From Candidatus Midichloria mitochondrii IricVA (lineage in GTDB: Bacteria > Pseudomonadota > Alphaproteobacteria > Rickettsiales > Midichloriaceae): a DNA stretch of 32,000 nt. Position 1 is the stretch's first letter; every line of letters starts with the position of its first letter. Positions 8,506 to 18,279 of the stretch are shown here, one piece after another. A model generated the notes under the pieces. The model searched no databases, was not told the origin of the DNA, and saw only the letters and a list, made by a program, of their open reading frames with translations. The DNA is taken from positions 210,001 to 242,000 of the forward strand of contig NC_015722.1 in NCBI RefSeq assembly GCF_000219355.1. The letters are read 5' to 3'. A program made the position numbers and the translations under genes.

Positions 8506-9564
8506 ATGAATCAAGTTGTTAATGATAAACAAAAAGCTTTAGAGGCCGCCTTAAGCCAAATTGAGAAAGCTTATGGAAAAGGCTCAATAATGAAACTGGG
8601 GGGAAGCGACCATCTGGATATAGCCGCAGTCTCGACCGGGTCTTTGGCTCTAGATATGGCTCTTGGAATAGGGGGATTTCCAAAGGGTAGGGTGGTAGAG
8701 ATATTTGGTCCAGAAAGTTCGGGTAAGACAACTTTGGCGCTTTCTACAATTGCAAGTGCTCAAAAAGCTGGTGAATCTTGTGCGTTTATTGATGCAGAGC
8801 ATGCGTTAGATGCAGTTTATGCTAGCAAGCTAGGTGTTGATGTACAAAAATTAGTTGTTTCGCAGCCAGATAATGGAGAACAAGCGCTTGAAATAGCAGA
8901 CGTTTTAGTAAGGTCAGGGGCATTTGGAATAGTAGTGATAGATAGCGTTGCTGCTTTAGTTCCAAAGGCAGAAATTGAAGGCGAGATGGGGGACAGTCAT
9001 ATGGGCCTACAAGCAAGATTAATGAGTCAAGCGCTAAGGAAACTTACAGCAAGTGTTGCGAAGTCAAACTGTATGTTAGTTTTCATTAACCAAATTCGTA
9101 TGAAGATAGGAATAATGTTTGGCAGTCCAGAGACCACAACAGGTGGTAACGCTCTCAAGTTCTATGCCTCGGTAAGGATCGATATAAGAAGGATTGGTAG
9201 CATTAAAGAAAAAGAAGATGTTATTGGAAGCCAAACTAGGGCTAAAGTTATTAAGAATAAAGTAGCTCCTCCCTTTAAAATTGCTGAGTTTGACATAATG
9301 TACGGCGAAGGTATTTCAAAAGCCGGGGAGATAATTGATTTAGGAGTTAACGCTGATGTAATAGAAAAATCAGGCTCTTGGTATGCCTATGCTGGGCAAA
9401 AAATCGGCCAAGGGCGGGAGAACGCTAAAAGATTCTTAAAAGAAAATCCTCAAATAGCTGATGAGATAGAAAATAAGATTCGAAATTCTACCAGCTTGTT
9501 AAGTGCTATTCAGATATCTGCATCTGAAGGTGGCGATAATAATGTAGAAACTTTTGCTGATTAA
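8506..9564 (+). CDS. recA: recombinase RecA
   Basis: 352-aa ORF with [12 protein letters not shown] (Walker A), VVIDSVAAL and the FINQIR motif. Confidence 0.97.
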   Translation: MNQVVNDKQKALEAALSQIEKAYGKGSIMKLGGSDHLDIAAVSTGSLALDMALGIGGFPKGRVVEIFGPESSGKTTLALSTIASAQKAGESCAFIDAEHALDAVYASKLGVDVQKLVVSQPDNGEQALEIADVLVRSGAFGIVVIDSVAALVPKAEIEGEMGDSHMGLQARLMSQALRKLTASVAKSNCMLVFINQIRMKIGIMFGSPETTTGGNALKFYASVRIDIRRIGSIKEKEDVIGSQTRAKVIKNKVAPPFKIAEFDIMYGEGISKAGEIIDLGVNADVIEKSGSWYAYAGQKIGQGRENAKRFLKENPQIADEIENKIRNSTSLLSAIQISASEGGDNNVETFAD

Positions 9565-9573
9565 TACAAATTA

Positions 9574-12096
9574 ATGAAAAATTGGACTTATAGTTTTGGT
9601 TGTGGGCACGATCATACCGATATTGGTAAATCCATTCTAGGAGGCAAGGGATATGGACTTACTGTTATGTCTAATTTGGGGTTTCCAGTTCCACCAGGAT
9701 TTACAATCGTAACGGATGCCTGTGATACCTACTATAAAAGTGGCAAAATCATACCCAAAGAAATTTGGGATCAAGTTATGGAAAAAATTAGATTCCTGGA
9801 GTCAGTTACCGGTAAAACTTTTGGAGCCGGACCTCTACCTTTACTTTTATCTATAAGGTCTGGAGCTAAAATCTCTATGCCTGGTATGATGGATACAATC
9901 TTGAATCTGGGCCTTAATGATGAAACCACAGAAATTTTAGGCGCTGCAACTGATAACCTAAGATTTGCCTATGATAGCTACCGCCGCTTTATAGAAATGT
10001 ATGCAACTGTTGTGATGGGTATTGAGCATTATTTATTTGAGAATGTACTAAATCATACTAAACAGCAACTTAACATTGAACATGACTGGCAGTTGGAGAC
10101 TAAGTCATTGGATAAAACAATTAATGATTATAAAAAAATCGTCTTACAACATGCTGGTGTCGCATTACCCCAGGATGTTTTTGAACAACTAAGAATGGCC
10201 ATATCTGCGGTTTTTGAGTCCTGGAACGGCCAAAGGGCTATTAAATATAGGAAACTCAATAATATACCAGATAGCTGGGGTACTGCTGTTAATGTACAAT
10301 CGATGGTTTTTGGGAATATGGGCGCTGATAGTTTAACAGGAGTTTTGTTTACAAGGAACCCGTCTGATGGGGAAAAGGAATTATTTGGTGAGTTTCTGAT
10401 TAACGCTCAAGGAGAAGATCTCGTTGCTGGAATTCGTACTCCGCAGCCTGTAACTAGAAAACTAGCTGGCGATGAGCCATCATTAGAAGAGGTTAATCTA
10501 GATATCTTTAACCAATTAAAGGGGCTTGTGCTCAGATTAGAAGATCATTTTTCTGAAATGCAAGATATTGAATTTACAGTTGAAAAAAATAAATTGTGGC
10601 TATTACAGACAAGAAAAGGCAAACGCACTGCTAAAGCTTCTATTAAGATAGCGATTGATATTATGAAAGAGGGAAAAATTAATCATCAAGAGGTTCTGGA
10701 TAGGATTTCTCCTTTAGAAATAGAAAAATTGCTACATCATACTATAGGCGATTCAGTAAAGATAGAAGTACTCACAAAAGGGCTCCCCGCTTCTCCTGGT
10801 GCAGCTTCTGGAGCTGTTGTATTTTCTTCAGAAGAAGCAGAAGAACTAGCTAAAAGAAAAAAAGTTATCTTAGTGAGACGTGAGACTAGCCCAGAGGATA
10901 TAGGTGGCATGGCAGTAGCAGAAGGTATATTAACCACAAAAGGTGGTATGACCTCGCACGCTGCAGTTATTGCTCGTGGCATGGGGAAGCCTTGCATATG
11001 CGGGGCTGATTCTATAATAATAGATGAAAAGAATAATCATATGATTGTTGGCCAAGAGAGAATCTTAGGGGGAGAGTTAATAACGATTAATGGCGCAACC
11101 GGTGATGTAATAAGAGGGGAAGTGGCTACAGTAAAGCAGAAGACGTTTCCAGAATTTTTAGAATTAATGCATTTAGCTGATGTAGCCAGGAGAATGAGTA
11201 TCAGAGCCAACGCAGAAACTACTAAGGATGCAGAAACTGCTATAGATTTTGGAGCAAACGGCATCGGTCTTTGTAGAACAGAGCACATGTTCTTTGACCC
11301 TATCAGAATTACGGCGGTTAGGGAGATGATCTTTGCCGCCTCTAAGGAAGAACGGGTGGCTGCATTAAGTAAACTAATGCCTTTTCAAAAGGCTGATTTT
11401 AAGTCTCTTTTTGAAAGGATGTATGGTTTGCCGGTAACAATAAGGCTTCTGGATCTACCATTACATGAATTTTTACCAGTAACCAGGCCTGATATTGAGA
11501 GCTTTGCTCACCAAATTGGCCTTTCAGTTGCTGAAGTAGAAATCAGAATAAAAAATCTCCATGAGATTAACCCTATGCTTGGACACAGGGGGTGCAGGTT
11601 AGCTATAACTTTCCCAGAAATTTATGCTATGCAAGCTCAAGCTATTTTTGAAGCTGCCATAGAAGTTGGCAATGTTATTACAGAAATTATGGTTCCCCTA
11701 GTGTTCGACGTGAAGGAAGTAGAAATTCTAAAAAATTTGATAGAAGAAGTGCATCAAAAAACCGCTCCGCAGCTTAAATATTTATTTGGAGTTATGGTGG
11801 AATTGCCCCGAGCAGCTCTACAAGCAGCGGAGATTGCAAAATTAGTTGACTTTTTTAGTTTTGGTACCAATGATCTTACCCAAACCTCCCTTGGTTTTTC
11901 TCGTGACGATGTGGGTAAATTTTTAAATAGGTATCAAGAATATGGGATTATAAAAGGTGATCCATTTGCAACACTTGATCAAGATGGAGTAGGTGAGTTG
12001 ATTAAAATTGCAGTTGAAAGGGGAAGGGCAGCAAATCCAAAAATCAAGATAGGAGTAAGTATTCTCATATCCTGTTTAAGCCAGCTATTCTACTAA
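9574..12096 (+). CDS. ppdK: pyruvate, phosphate dikinase, 3'-truncated (homology ends about 12054; the last 13 codons are foreign sequence); probably inactivated
   Basis: 840-aa ORF with the phosphohistidine motif GGMTSHAAVIARGMG and the PEP-utiliser C-terminal FSFGTNDLTQ. The expected K.GICGEHGG motif and about 45 C-terminal residues are replaced after ...ANPKIKIG by VSILISCLSQLFY*. Confidence 0.9.
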   Translation: MKNWTYSFGCGHDHTDIGKSILGGKGYGLTVMSNLGFPVPPGFTIVTDACDTYYKSGKIIPKEIWDQVMEKIRFLESVTGKTFGAGPLPLLLSIRSGAKISMPGMMDTILNLGLNDETTEILGAATDNLRFAYDSYRRFIEMYATVVMGIEHYLFENVLNHTKQQLNIEHDWQLETKSLDKTINDYKKIVLQHAGVALPQDVFEQLRMAISAVFESWNGQRAIKYRKLNNIPDSWGTAVNVQSMVFGNMGADSLTGVLFTRNPSDGEKELFGEFLINAQGEDLVAGIRTPQPVTRKLAGDEPSLEEVNLDIFNQLKGLVLRLEDHFSEMQDIEFTVEKNKLWLLQTRKGKRTAKASIKIAIDIMKEGKINHQEVLDRISPLEIEKLLHHTIGDSVKIEVLTKGLPASPGAASGAVVFSSEEAEELAKRKKVILVRRETSPEDIGGMAVAEGILTTKGGMTSHAAVIARGMGKPCICGADSIIIDEKNNHMIVGQERILGGELITINGATGDVIRGEVATVKQKTFPEFLELMHLADVARRMSIRANAETTKDAETAIDFGANGIGLCRTEHMFFDPIRITAVREMIFAASKEERVAALSKLMPFQKADFKSLFERMYGLPVTIRLLDLPLHEFLPVTRPDIESFAHQIGLSVAEVEIRIKNLHEINPMLGHRGCRLAITFPEIYAMQAQAIFEAAIEVGNVITEIMVPLVFDVKEVEILKNLIEEVHQKTAPQLKYLFGVMVELPRAALQAAEIAKLVDFFSFGTNDLTQTSLGFSRDDVGKFLNRYQEYGIIKGDPFATLDQDGVGELIKIAVERGRAANPKIKIGVSILISCLSQLFY

Positions 12097-12373
12097 TCGG
12101 CACTTATGAAAACCCCGCAAAAACTGTTAGTAAGATTATTGGCGCTAGCAATGGTTTAGAAGTAAGCATTATCTTATCCATGTATGCAGTGGTCATTAAT
12201 AGAGACTTGAAAGCGAATAAAAAAACTCTTGAGCGCGCATCAGTACAACATTACAGAATAAGTTCGTGTCGTTTCTTTGATCGTGAAATTGAGAAGAACA
12301 TTGAAAGTGGTTACACAGCTTCTTTAAAACCATATCAGATAATTTCTTTAAAACTTATCTCAAACTGGGGTTA
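12055..12373 (-). mobile_element. decayed IS982-family relic abutting the ppdK truncation point
   Basis: 12279-12373 aligns closely with 27478-27565 (atcgtgaaattgaga...cagcttctttaa.accatatcagataatttctttaa...ctcaaactggggtta). 12120-12175 shows patchy similarity to 27040-27090 (attgtttggcgagcgatgcctttaaag vs attattggcgctagcaatggtttagaag). By-eye alignment only. Confidence 0.5.
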
Positions 12374-12414
12374 ATGAAAAAAATAGCATAGATGTACCAT
12401 TTTTACCATAAAAA

Positions 12415-13125
12415 TTGCTGAGTTATATGAAGAACAAGGAAATTATGCTTGTGGCACAGGAGTATCTATCAAAATGTGCAGTAGATACGGTAGTGGTTTC
12501 TAGAGTATATACAGAATTTGCTAATAGATTTATACAGCATTTTGATATCTTTAAGTTAGCTACTTTCAGTAAGGATAGAGCAGAATTGGTTAACAGGTTG
12601 ATCAAAATGTAGATAAAAGGATGGTAAAGAAACCAAAGCGGCTACAGTCCTTATCCAAGCTTTTGAGGCGGCCGGGGGCGAAAGAGGGATTAAAGGGCGC
12701 GCTTTGGTAAGATTAGAGAAGCCGCACCACAAGAAATAAAAGGGCAACAAGTGTTAGAGAGGAGATATACCATATCTAGGTGAATGCACTATTTTCTGCC
12801 CTTACTGATGATGCAGATGGAGCAGGACCAATCTCTACAATTCAAGATGATAATACTTTTGATAAGCTTGCTAACTGGTTTAACACTTTGCGTAATCAAC
12901 TTGGGTACACTGAATATGGCGAAGAAGCAAAGAATTTAGAATATACCTTTTTGCAAGGGTTATATAAAACAGTAAGTGCTAACCTACAATTGCTAGGCTA
13001 TCAAACGTTATCCAGATTTTGATCCGGATGATTTTGGGAGGGGCGGCAGCGACAACATTTACGATAATCAGGTAAATGCTCCAGGGCGATCAGGTTTCTT
13101 GGCTGTCAATAACACAGGAGATTAG
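12415..13125 (+). pseudogene. series of short open frames of unknown function; likely one or two degraded genes
   Basis: ORFs 12415..12612 and 12780..13022, plus frame-hopping continuations (DGKETKAATVLIQAFEAAGGERGIKG...; ...PDDFGRGGSDNIYDNQVNAPGRSGFLAVNNTGD*). I recognise no family. Confidence 0.25.
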
Positions 13126-13398
13126 CATATTATCTAGACATCTGAAGCTTGATAGGGCAGCGAACTCATAATAATTTTAATCCTCGATATTTGATGGAGA
13201 ACTCAACATTATAAATGAGATGACCATGCCTGTTTTGTAATCCAGTTCTGAGATATAAACATTATTTTTTGAGGAGATACTATAGTTGTAAAACAGCAGG
13301 ATAAGATTAATATCTTGATTTATGTGGATACTCATGTACTCTTTTTGTTTAATGCATTGAAAAACGTGAAATTTTGAAACAAATTAAGGAGAATTTTA

Positions 13399-13858
13399 AT
13401 GAGTATCCATCAAGATACAAAAGAGCTAATAGCTAAATTTCTTTCGATGCTCTGTTTTGCATTGTTTACGTTCATTCCAATAATTAGTTCAGCTGCCGAT
13501 GCTGAAGCAGATCCTGTGAGACTGCGTCTATGATTAGTTAACGTCTTATATGTGCAGCTATTAATCAGTTAACAGGCCCTGTGGGCGGAGCAATTACAAT
13601 TATTATTGTGATATCTCTTTGGGGTATCATATGTTGCTGCTGGGTAAGGTAACGTGGGGTGTGGCAATTGCTCTTGCTGTTGGTATGGGAATTATATCTG
13701 GTGCGAAGGACTTGGTTGTGGTATACCGTCAGGGGGCAGTGCAGAAGGGCTTTGCGCTCAGCGCAGTGAATAAAAAAGCCTTAAGAATATTTGCTATACT
13801 TAGGGCTTTTTATACAGCTACTATATTTAATAAGTTGCAAAAGATACTAGTAAATTAA
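13399..13858 (+). pseudogene. TrbC/VirB2-family type IV secretion pilin, multiple frameshifts and stops
   Basis: AAGGAG lies 7 nt upstream of ATG 13399. The signal-like MSIHQDTKELIAKFLSMLCFALFTFIPIISSAADA is followed, in shifted frames, by AINQLTGPVGGAITIIIVISL and KVTWGVAIALAVGMGIISGAKDLV. This is the LTGP...two-TM layout of VirB2/TrbC pilins. Confidence 0.6.
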
Positions 13859-14412
13859 ATAGATTCAACCCCAAGAACTTCGGGGACATAGTGTTTTAGC
13901 ATTTTTTCTATACCAGATTTCAACGTGACTGCGGAGCTGGGGCAGCCAGAGCATGCTCCATACATTTCAAGATAGATGATACCATTTTCGAACTTATGAA
14001 ACATTATATCTCCACCGTCTTCAGCAACTGCTGGTCTGACTTTGTTATCGATAATCTCTCTGATCTGATTAACTATTGCGTCGCTGACTTCATGTTTAGT
14101 GTTTTCTTGTGGAGTATAAAAAGACTCTAAGACCACAGGATAGCCAGCCATATAATGATCCATAATTGCAGCCATAATGAGGGTTTTTAACGAATCCCAT
14201 GAAAGCTCATTTTCTTTGGTAACACTTATAAATTCACTTGCTAGAAAAACCGATTTTGTTCCTTTAATTTGCAATAAATATTTTGCTAAAGGTGCGTTGG
14301 TGCATTCTTCAATATTAAAAAAACTTGCTGTAAAGTTGGGCCTTAAAACCGCTGATTCTGGCAGAAACTTTAAGGTATTTGGATTTGGAGTTTCTTGTAT
14401 CTGTATAAACAT
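13855..14412 (-). CDS. NifU/Nfu-family Fe-S cluster assembly protein (Nfu_N plus NifU C-terminal domain)
   Basis: MFIQIQETPNPNTLKFLP start (the internal Met of the track ORF was chosen by family pattern). Has DGGDI...GACSGCPSS CxxC motif. Confidence 0.88.
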   Translation of the reverse strand: MFIQIQETPNPNTLKFLPESAVLRPNFTASFFNIEECTNAPLAKYLLQIKGTKSVFLASEFISVTKENELSWDSLKTLIMAAIMDHYMAGYPVVLESFYTPQENTKHEVSDAIVNQIREIIDNKVRPAVAEDGGDIMFHKFENGIIYLEMYGACSGCPSSAVTLKSGIEKMLKHYVPEVLGVESI

Positions 14413-14659
14413 GGGAGCTGTAGTTAAAAATCTTGTTTCATAGCACATTATATAGAATTTATTCTTTATTACTAGGATTTGTTATTAGAATTTAACGCAC
14501 CTGCATATGGCAACAGCTGATTAATTTTTTATGTGTTTACTCTATTAAATTGCAGCCTGCATAAATCTTTAATTCGATTTACACTATGGATAAATCTTAA
14601 GTGTAAATATTTCTAGCCTAGGATTTATTGGGTATTAACTATAAAATAAGGTAATTCAA

Positions 14660-15263
14660 ATGAATAAAGTTTTAGATAAAGATGATATCAAAAATTGGGT
14701 TGATGAAACGCGTGATGGAATCAACGATAAACTAAATGAAGTGTCTGAGTGGCTTGATCAAACACCCACAACGATAAAATTGAGATTCCAGACCAATTAC
14801 AGAAAGAGTTCCAAGAGATAAGAGACGAGGTAGGGGAGGCGTTTTAAATACTTTTTCTTGCTAAGACCGGTTTAAGCCGTAAAGCTGAGTTAACTGAGGA
14901 CTATGGACAGTTTTTTGGTGGAATAGTTTATAAAATTGAAAGACTTGTAGGAAGTCTACAAAGTCATTTTACTAAATCAGATAAATCGGAGTCATTTGCC
15001 CAAGGTGGGATGGTCAACTAAAATTATTGATGAATTAAGGCAGCTAGCTGGCGGCCAAGATACTGGACGAGATGGCGGAAGGAGAGTTGGTGGGGTAAAG
15101 ACAAGAAAGGGTGGCCAACAAGGTAGCGGCCGAGACGGCAGGAGAGGGGACGAGTAGACAAGACACCGGAGGAGATAGTAGAACAAGCGGTGGACCGTGG
15201 TATAAGTTGGACAGGTTAATAAGCATTGGTGGTAATGGACCTCTTCAGAACAAGACTTGTTAA
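14660..15263 (+). pseudogene. degraded gene of unknown function with an acidic coiled-coil-like N-terminus and a Gly/Arg-rich repeat region
   Basis: ATG 14660 gives MNKVLDKDDIKNWVDETRDGINDKLNEVSEWLDQ.... Frame breaks follow (IPDQLQKEFQEIRDEVGEAF*), then GGQDTGRDGGRRVGGVKTRKGGQQGSGRDGRRGDE*. Confidence 0.4.
15050..15169 (+). repeat. two degenerate tandem copies of a 60-bp G-rich unit (20-aa Gly/Arg-rich repeat)
   Basis: Unit 1 at 15050-15109 is ggcggccaaga...ggacgagatggcggaaggagag...gtaaagacaagaaagg. Unit 2 at 15110-15169 is ggtggccaaca...ggccgagacggcaggagagg...gtagacaagacaccgg. Confidence 0.6.
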
Positions 15264-15661
15264 ACAATAATCTTGAAACATGGCTTGAAGTGACAGGCTT
15301 AATACCAAGAAACAGCGTCAGAATTGAAGTATATTAAGAGTGATAGCTTTTAAATAGCAATTCGTAACTAAGATACCAATATTGCATGGTATAGCTAAGA
15401 TAGTATTACCTCAATACGCTTATGGTTGAGTTCTAGATGCCTGCAATGGGCTAAACTAAGCTGTTTTGTTGGTGCTAGGAAACCGAGGCATGTTAGTTCT
15501 ACAAGCATAGGACTCTAACGTGATTATTTTGCGAAAGGAAGATTTCTCAATCCGCTATACATTTCGACTAATACATATTGAATTTTAATGAAAATTTATC
15601 TGTCCTTGCTTTTTTGTAATTAGATATATAAAAGGATTATGCGTTTAACTTTGGATTCTAT

Positions 15662-18265
15662 ATGTTTAAGTATTTAGCTAAAAAAATTTTTGGCTCGGCT
15701 AATGAAAGGATTATAAGAGCAACTTACGATATAATCGAGCAAATTAGTAGCTTAGAAAATTTGATGAGCAAGCTAGCAGATGCAGAACTTGCTAATCAAA
15801 CTTTTATATTGAAAGAGAGGCTTAAAGGTGGTGATAGCATGGAACATATATTACCCGAGGCTTTTGCAACTGTTAGAGAGACTGCGAAGCGTGTTTTAAA
15901 TATGAGACATTTTGATGTGCAGCTAATAGGAGGGATTATACTGCATCACGGAAAGATAGCAGAAATGAAAACCGGAGAAGGCAAGACGCTAGTTGCAACT
16001 GCTCCCGTATACTTAAACGCATTAACTGGGCTTGGAGTGCATATTGTTACGGTAAATGATTATTTAGCTCGCCGCGATTCGCTATGGATGGGAAAAGTAT
16101 ATGAATTTCTTGGGTTATCCGTTGGCTGTATAACGAGTGGTTCAAGTGATGAAGAGAGAAAAAGTGCTTATTTAGCTGATATAACTTATGGTACCAATAA
16201 TGAATTTGGTTTTGATTATTTACGTGATAACCTTAAATATAGTATAGGTCAATTAGTACAACGTCCTCCTAATTATGCTATTGTTGATGAGGTTGATAGT
16301 ATATTGATTGACGAGGCTAGGACGCCTTTAATTATTTCTGGATCTATTACAGATCAATCAAAGCTTTATCAACAAATTGATAAAGCTATCCAGCAGCTTG
16401 ATCGTACTGATATAGATATAGATGAAAAATCAAAAACAGTTAACTTAACTGAGCCGGGACATCATAATATTGAACTAATTTTAAAAAAACTTGGAATTAT
16501 TAAAGATCAATGCAGCCTCTATGATCTGGAGAATATGACAGTTGTTCATCATTTAAATCAAGCATTAAAGGCGCATAATCTATTTAAAAAGGATGTAGAT
16601 TATATAGTTAAAGACGGCAAGATCATGATTATAGATGAATTTACTGGCCGTATCATGGATGGCAGAAGGTATGCGGAAGGCTTACACCAAGCAATTGAGG
16701 CAAAGGAAAAAGTTAAAATTCAAAATGAAAATCAAACATTAGCTTCGGTAACATTTCAAAATTATTTTAGAATGTATCCAAAATTAGCTGGAATGACTGG
16801 AACTGCAATGACTGAAGCTAACGAATTTTCTGATATTTATGGATTAGAAGTTGTCGAAATTCCAACTAATGTTAAAGTTGCTCGTATTGATGAAGAAGAT
16901 GAAATTTATAAAACTGCTGAAGAAAAATATGAAGCTATATTAGGTGAAATCAGAAAGGTGCATAAAAGAGGGCAGCCAATTTTAGTTGGGACTGTTAGCA
17001 TAGAGAAATCGGAACTTTTATCTTCCTTACTCACTAAACATGACATTAAGCATAATGTATTGAATGCACGCTACCATGAGCAGGAAGCTAAAATTATTGC
17101 TCAAGCAGGGAAGATCGGAGCTATTACAATCGCAACTAATATGGCTGGTCGGGGTACTGATATTATGCTTGGTGGCAATGCAGCGGCCACGGTTGAGCAA
17201 GGGATTTCCCCAAGGGATTTAGAACTGGAAACCGAGATAGTCGCCCAAGATAGGGAAAAAGTTTTAGAAGTTGGAGGATTGTTGGTTATTGGAACTGAAC
17301 GTCATGAATCAAGACGTATAGATAACCAGCTGAGAGGAAGGGCTGGTAGACAAGGGGATGTTGGACGGACCAAATTTTTTCTTTCTTTAGACGATGATTT
17401 ATTGAGAATATTTGGATCGGAAAAAATTAGTGCTATGTTAACGCGTTTGGGCTTACAAAGAGGCGAAGCAATAGTGCATCCTTGGATTACTAGATCCCTA
17501 GAAAAAGCTCAACAGCGTGTTGAAATGCGAAACTATGAAATCCGTAAAAATCTCTTAAAGTTTGATGATGTGGTGGATGAACAAAGAAAAGTCATTTATG
17601 CTCAGCGTATTGAAATAATGAAGGATAATAATCTTTTACCGACTTTACAGGAAATCATTAAGAGCGTTAATGAATCTTTAATTGAAGCCTATATTCAAAA
17701 AAAAGCTTATGAGGAAGAATGGGATATAGATAGCTTAGAGAAAGCACTGCAACGAATATATGGAATACATATAGATGTGAAAGGTGTAGTGGCGCAGGAT
17801 GGCTATGCAGAATCTGAGGTTAAAGAACTTTTAAACGATAAAGCCTTGGAAATATTGCACTCTAAAAAGGAGCAGTATGGTGAAGAGGTACTAAATATTG
17901 CTTTATCTAATGTGTTTTTACATACGTTAGATCAGCTTTGGAGAGAGCACCTACACTCTCTGGATAACTTGAGAGGAGGGATATCATTGCGCGCTTATGC
18001 TCAAAAAGACCCTCTTAATGAATACAAAGTTGAAGCGTTTAGGATGTTTGGGAGTATGCTTGCTGAATTAGATGAGTTAATTGTATCTAGATGCTCACAG
18101 CTGCACATCACCCATGAAATTGATAACAGCTCATTAAACGAAAAGATTCGCTTAAATAGACAAGAGGTACAGAAGGAACTTAAATCTTTGGGTAAAGTTT
18201 CAAGAAACGAACTTTGTCCCTGTGGCTCCGGTAAAAAATTTAAACATTGCCATGGAGTCTTATAG
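15662..18265 (+). CDS. secA: preprotein translocase ATPase SecA
   Basis: 867-aa ORF. Has KIFGSANER at the N-terminus, MKTGEGKTL Walker A, the [23 protein letters not shown]-like box, and the C-terminal zinc-binding [14 protein letters not shown]. Confidence 0.97.
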   Translation: MFKYLAKKIFGSANERIIRATYDIIEQISSLENLMSKLADAELANQTFILKERLKGGDSMEHILPEAFATVRETAKRVLNMRHFDVQLIGGIILHHGKIAEMKTGEGKTLVATAPVYLNALTGLGVHIVTVNDYLARRDSLWMGKVYEFLGLSVGCITSGSSDEERKSAYLADITYGTNNEFGFDYLRDNLKYSIGQLVQRPPNYAIVDEVDSILIDEARTPLIISGSITDQSKLYQQIDKAIQQLDRTDIDIDEKSKTVNLTEPGHHNIELILKKLGIIKDQCSLYDLENMTVVHHLNQALKAHNLFKKDVDYIVKDGKIMIIDEFTGRIMDGRRYAEGLHQAIEAKEKVKIQNENQTLASVTFQNYFRMYPKLAGMTGTAMTEANEFSDIYGLEVVEIPTNVKVARIDEEDEIYKTAEEKYEAILGEIRKVHKRGQPILVGTVSIEKSELLSSLLTKHDIKHNVLNARYHEQEAKIIAQAGKIGAITIATNMAGRGTDIMLGGNAAATVEQGISPRDLELETEIVAQDREKVLEVGGLLVIGTERHESRRIDNQLRGRAGRQGDVGRTKFFLSLDDDLLRIFGSEKISAMLTRLGLQRGEAIVHPWITRSLEKAQQRVEMRNYEIRKNLLKFDDVVDEQRKVIYAQRIEIMKDNNLLPTLQEIIKSVNESLIEAYIQKKAYEEEWDIDSLEKALQRIYGIHIDVKGVVAQDGYAESEVKELLNDKALEILHSKKEQYGEEVLNIALSNVFLHTLDQLWREHLHSLDNLRGGISLRAYAQKDPLNEYKVEAFRMFGSMLAELDELIVSRCSQLHITHEIDNSSLNEKIRLNRQEVQKELKSLGKVSRNELCPCGSGKKFKHCHGVL

Positions 18266-18279
18266 AAATTTGTAACTCT

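Noticed and set aside
12180-12374. 64-aa plus-strand ORF ending exactly in the IS terminal repeat. I first read it as a transposase C-terminus (…GYTASLKPYQII…).
   Set aside because: The homologous segment in the 27-kb copy (27478-27565) is the 5' leader of a minus-strand transposase and carries stops in this frame. The true family C-terminus (HRSPNNF...LLAYVFNP) is at the other end of the element. The ORF is a by-product of relic sequence.
13772-13811. Possible bidirectional terminator hairpin (aaaaaagccttaag ... cttagggcttttt) between the pilin pseudogene and the nfu gene.
   Set aside because: The stem is AT-rich with a mismatch and a 13-nt loop, so predicted stability is low. It also lies inside the extended open frame of the pseudogene. 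Not reported as a feature.
14992-15267. Proline-rich minus-strand ORFs (91 aa and 60 aa) that look like a PPxP-repeat protein.
   Set aside because: They are the complement of the G-rich tandem repeat on the plus strand. The plus-strand reading connects to an upstream start with an SD-like sequence and a coherent, though broken, gene.
15270-15661. 390-bp non-coding stretch upstream of secA, examined for an ncRNA (SRP/4.5S, tmRNA, RNase P, 6S).
   Set aside because: None of the conserved cores I know is present (for example the SRP GGAAGCAGCC-type helix-8 motif, the tmRNA tRNA-like ends, or the RNase P GAAGCTGACCAG-type P4 sequence). It most likely continues the upstream pseudogene. A covariance-model scan would be needed for certainty.
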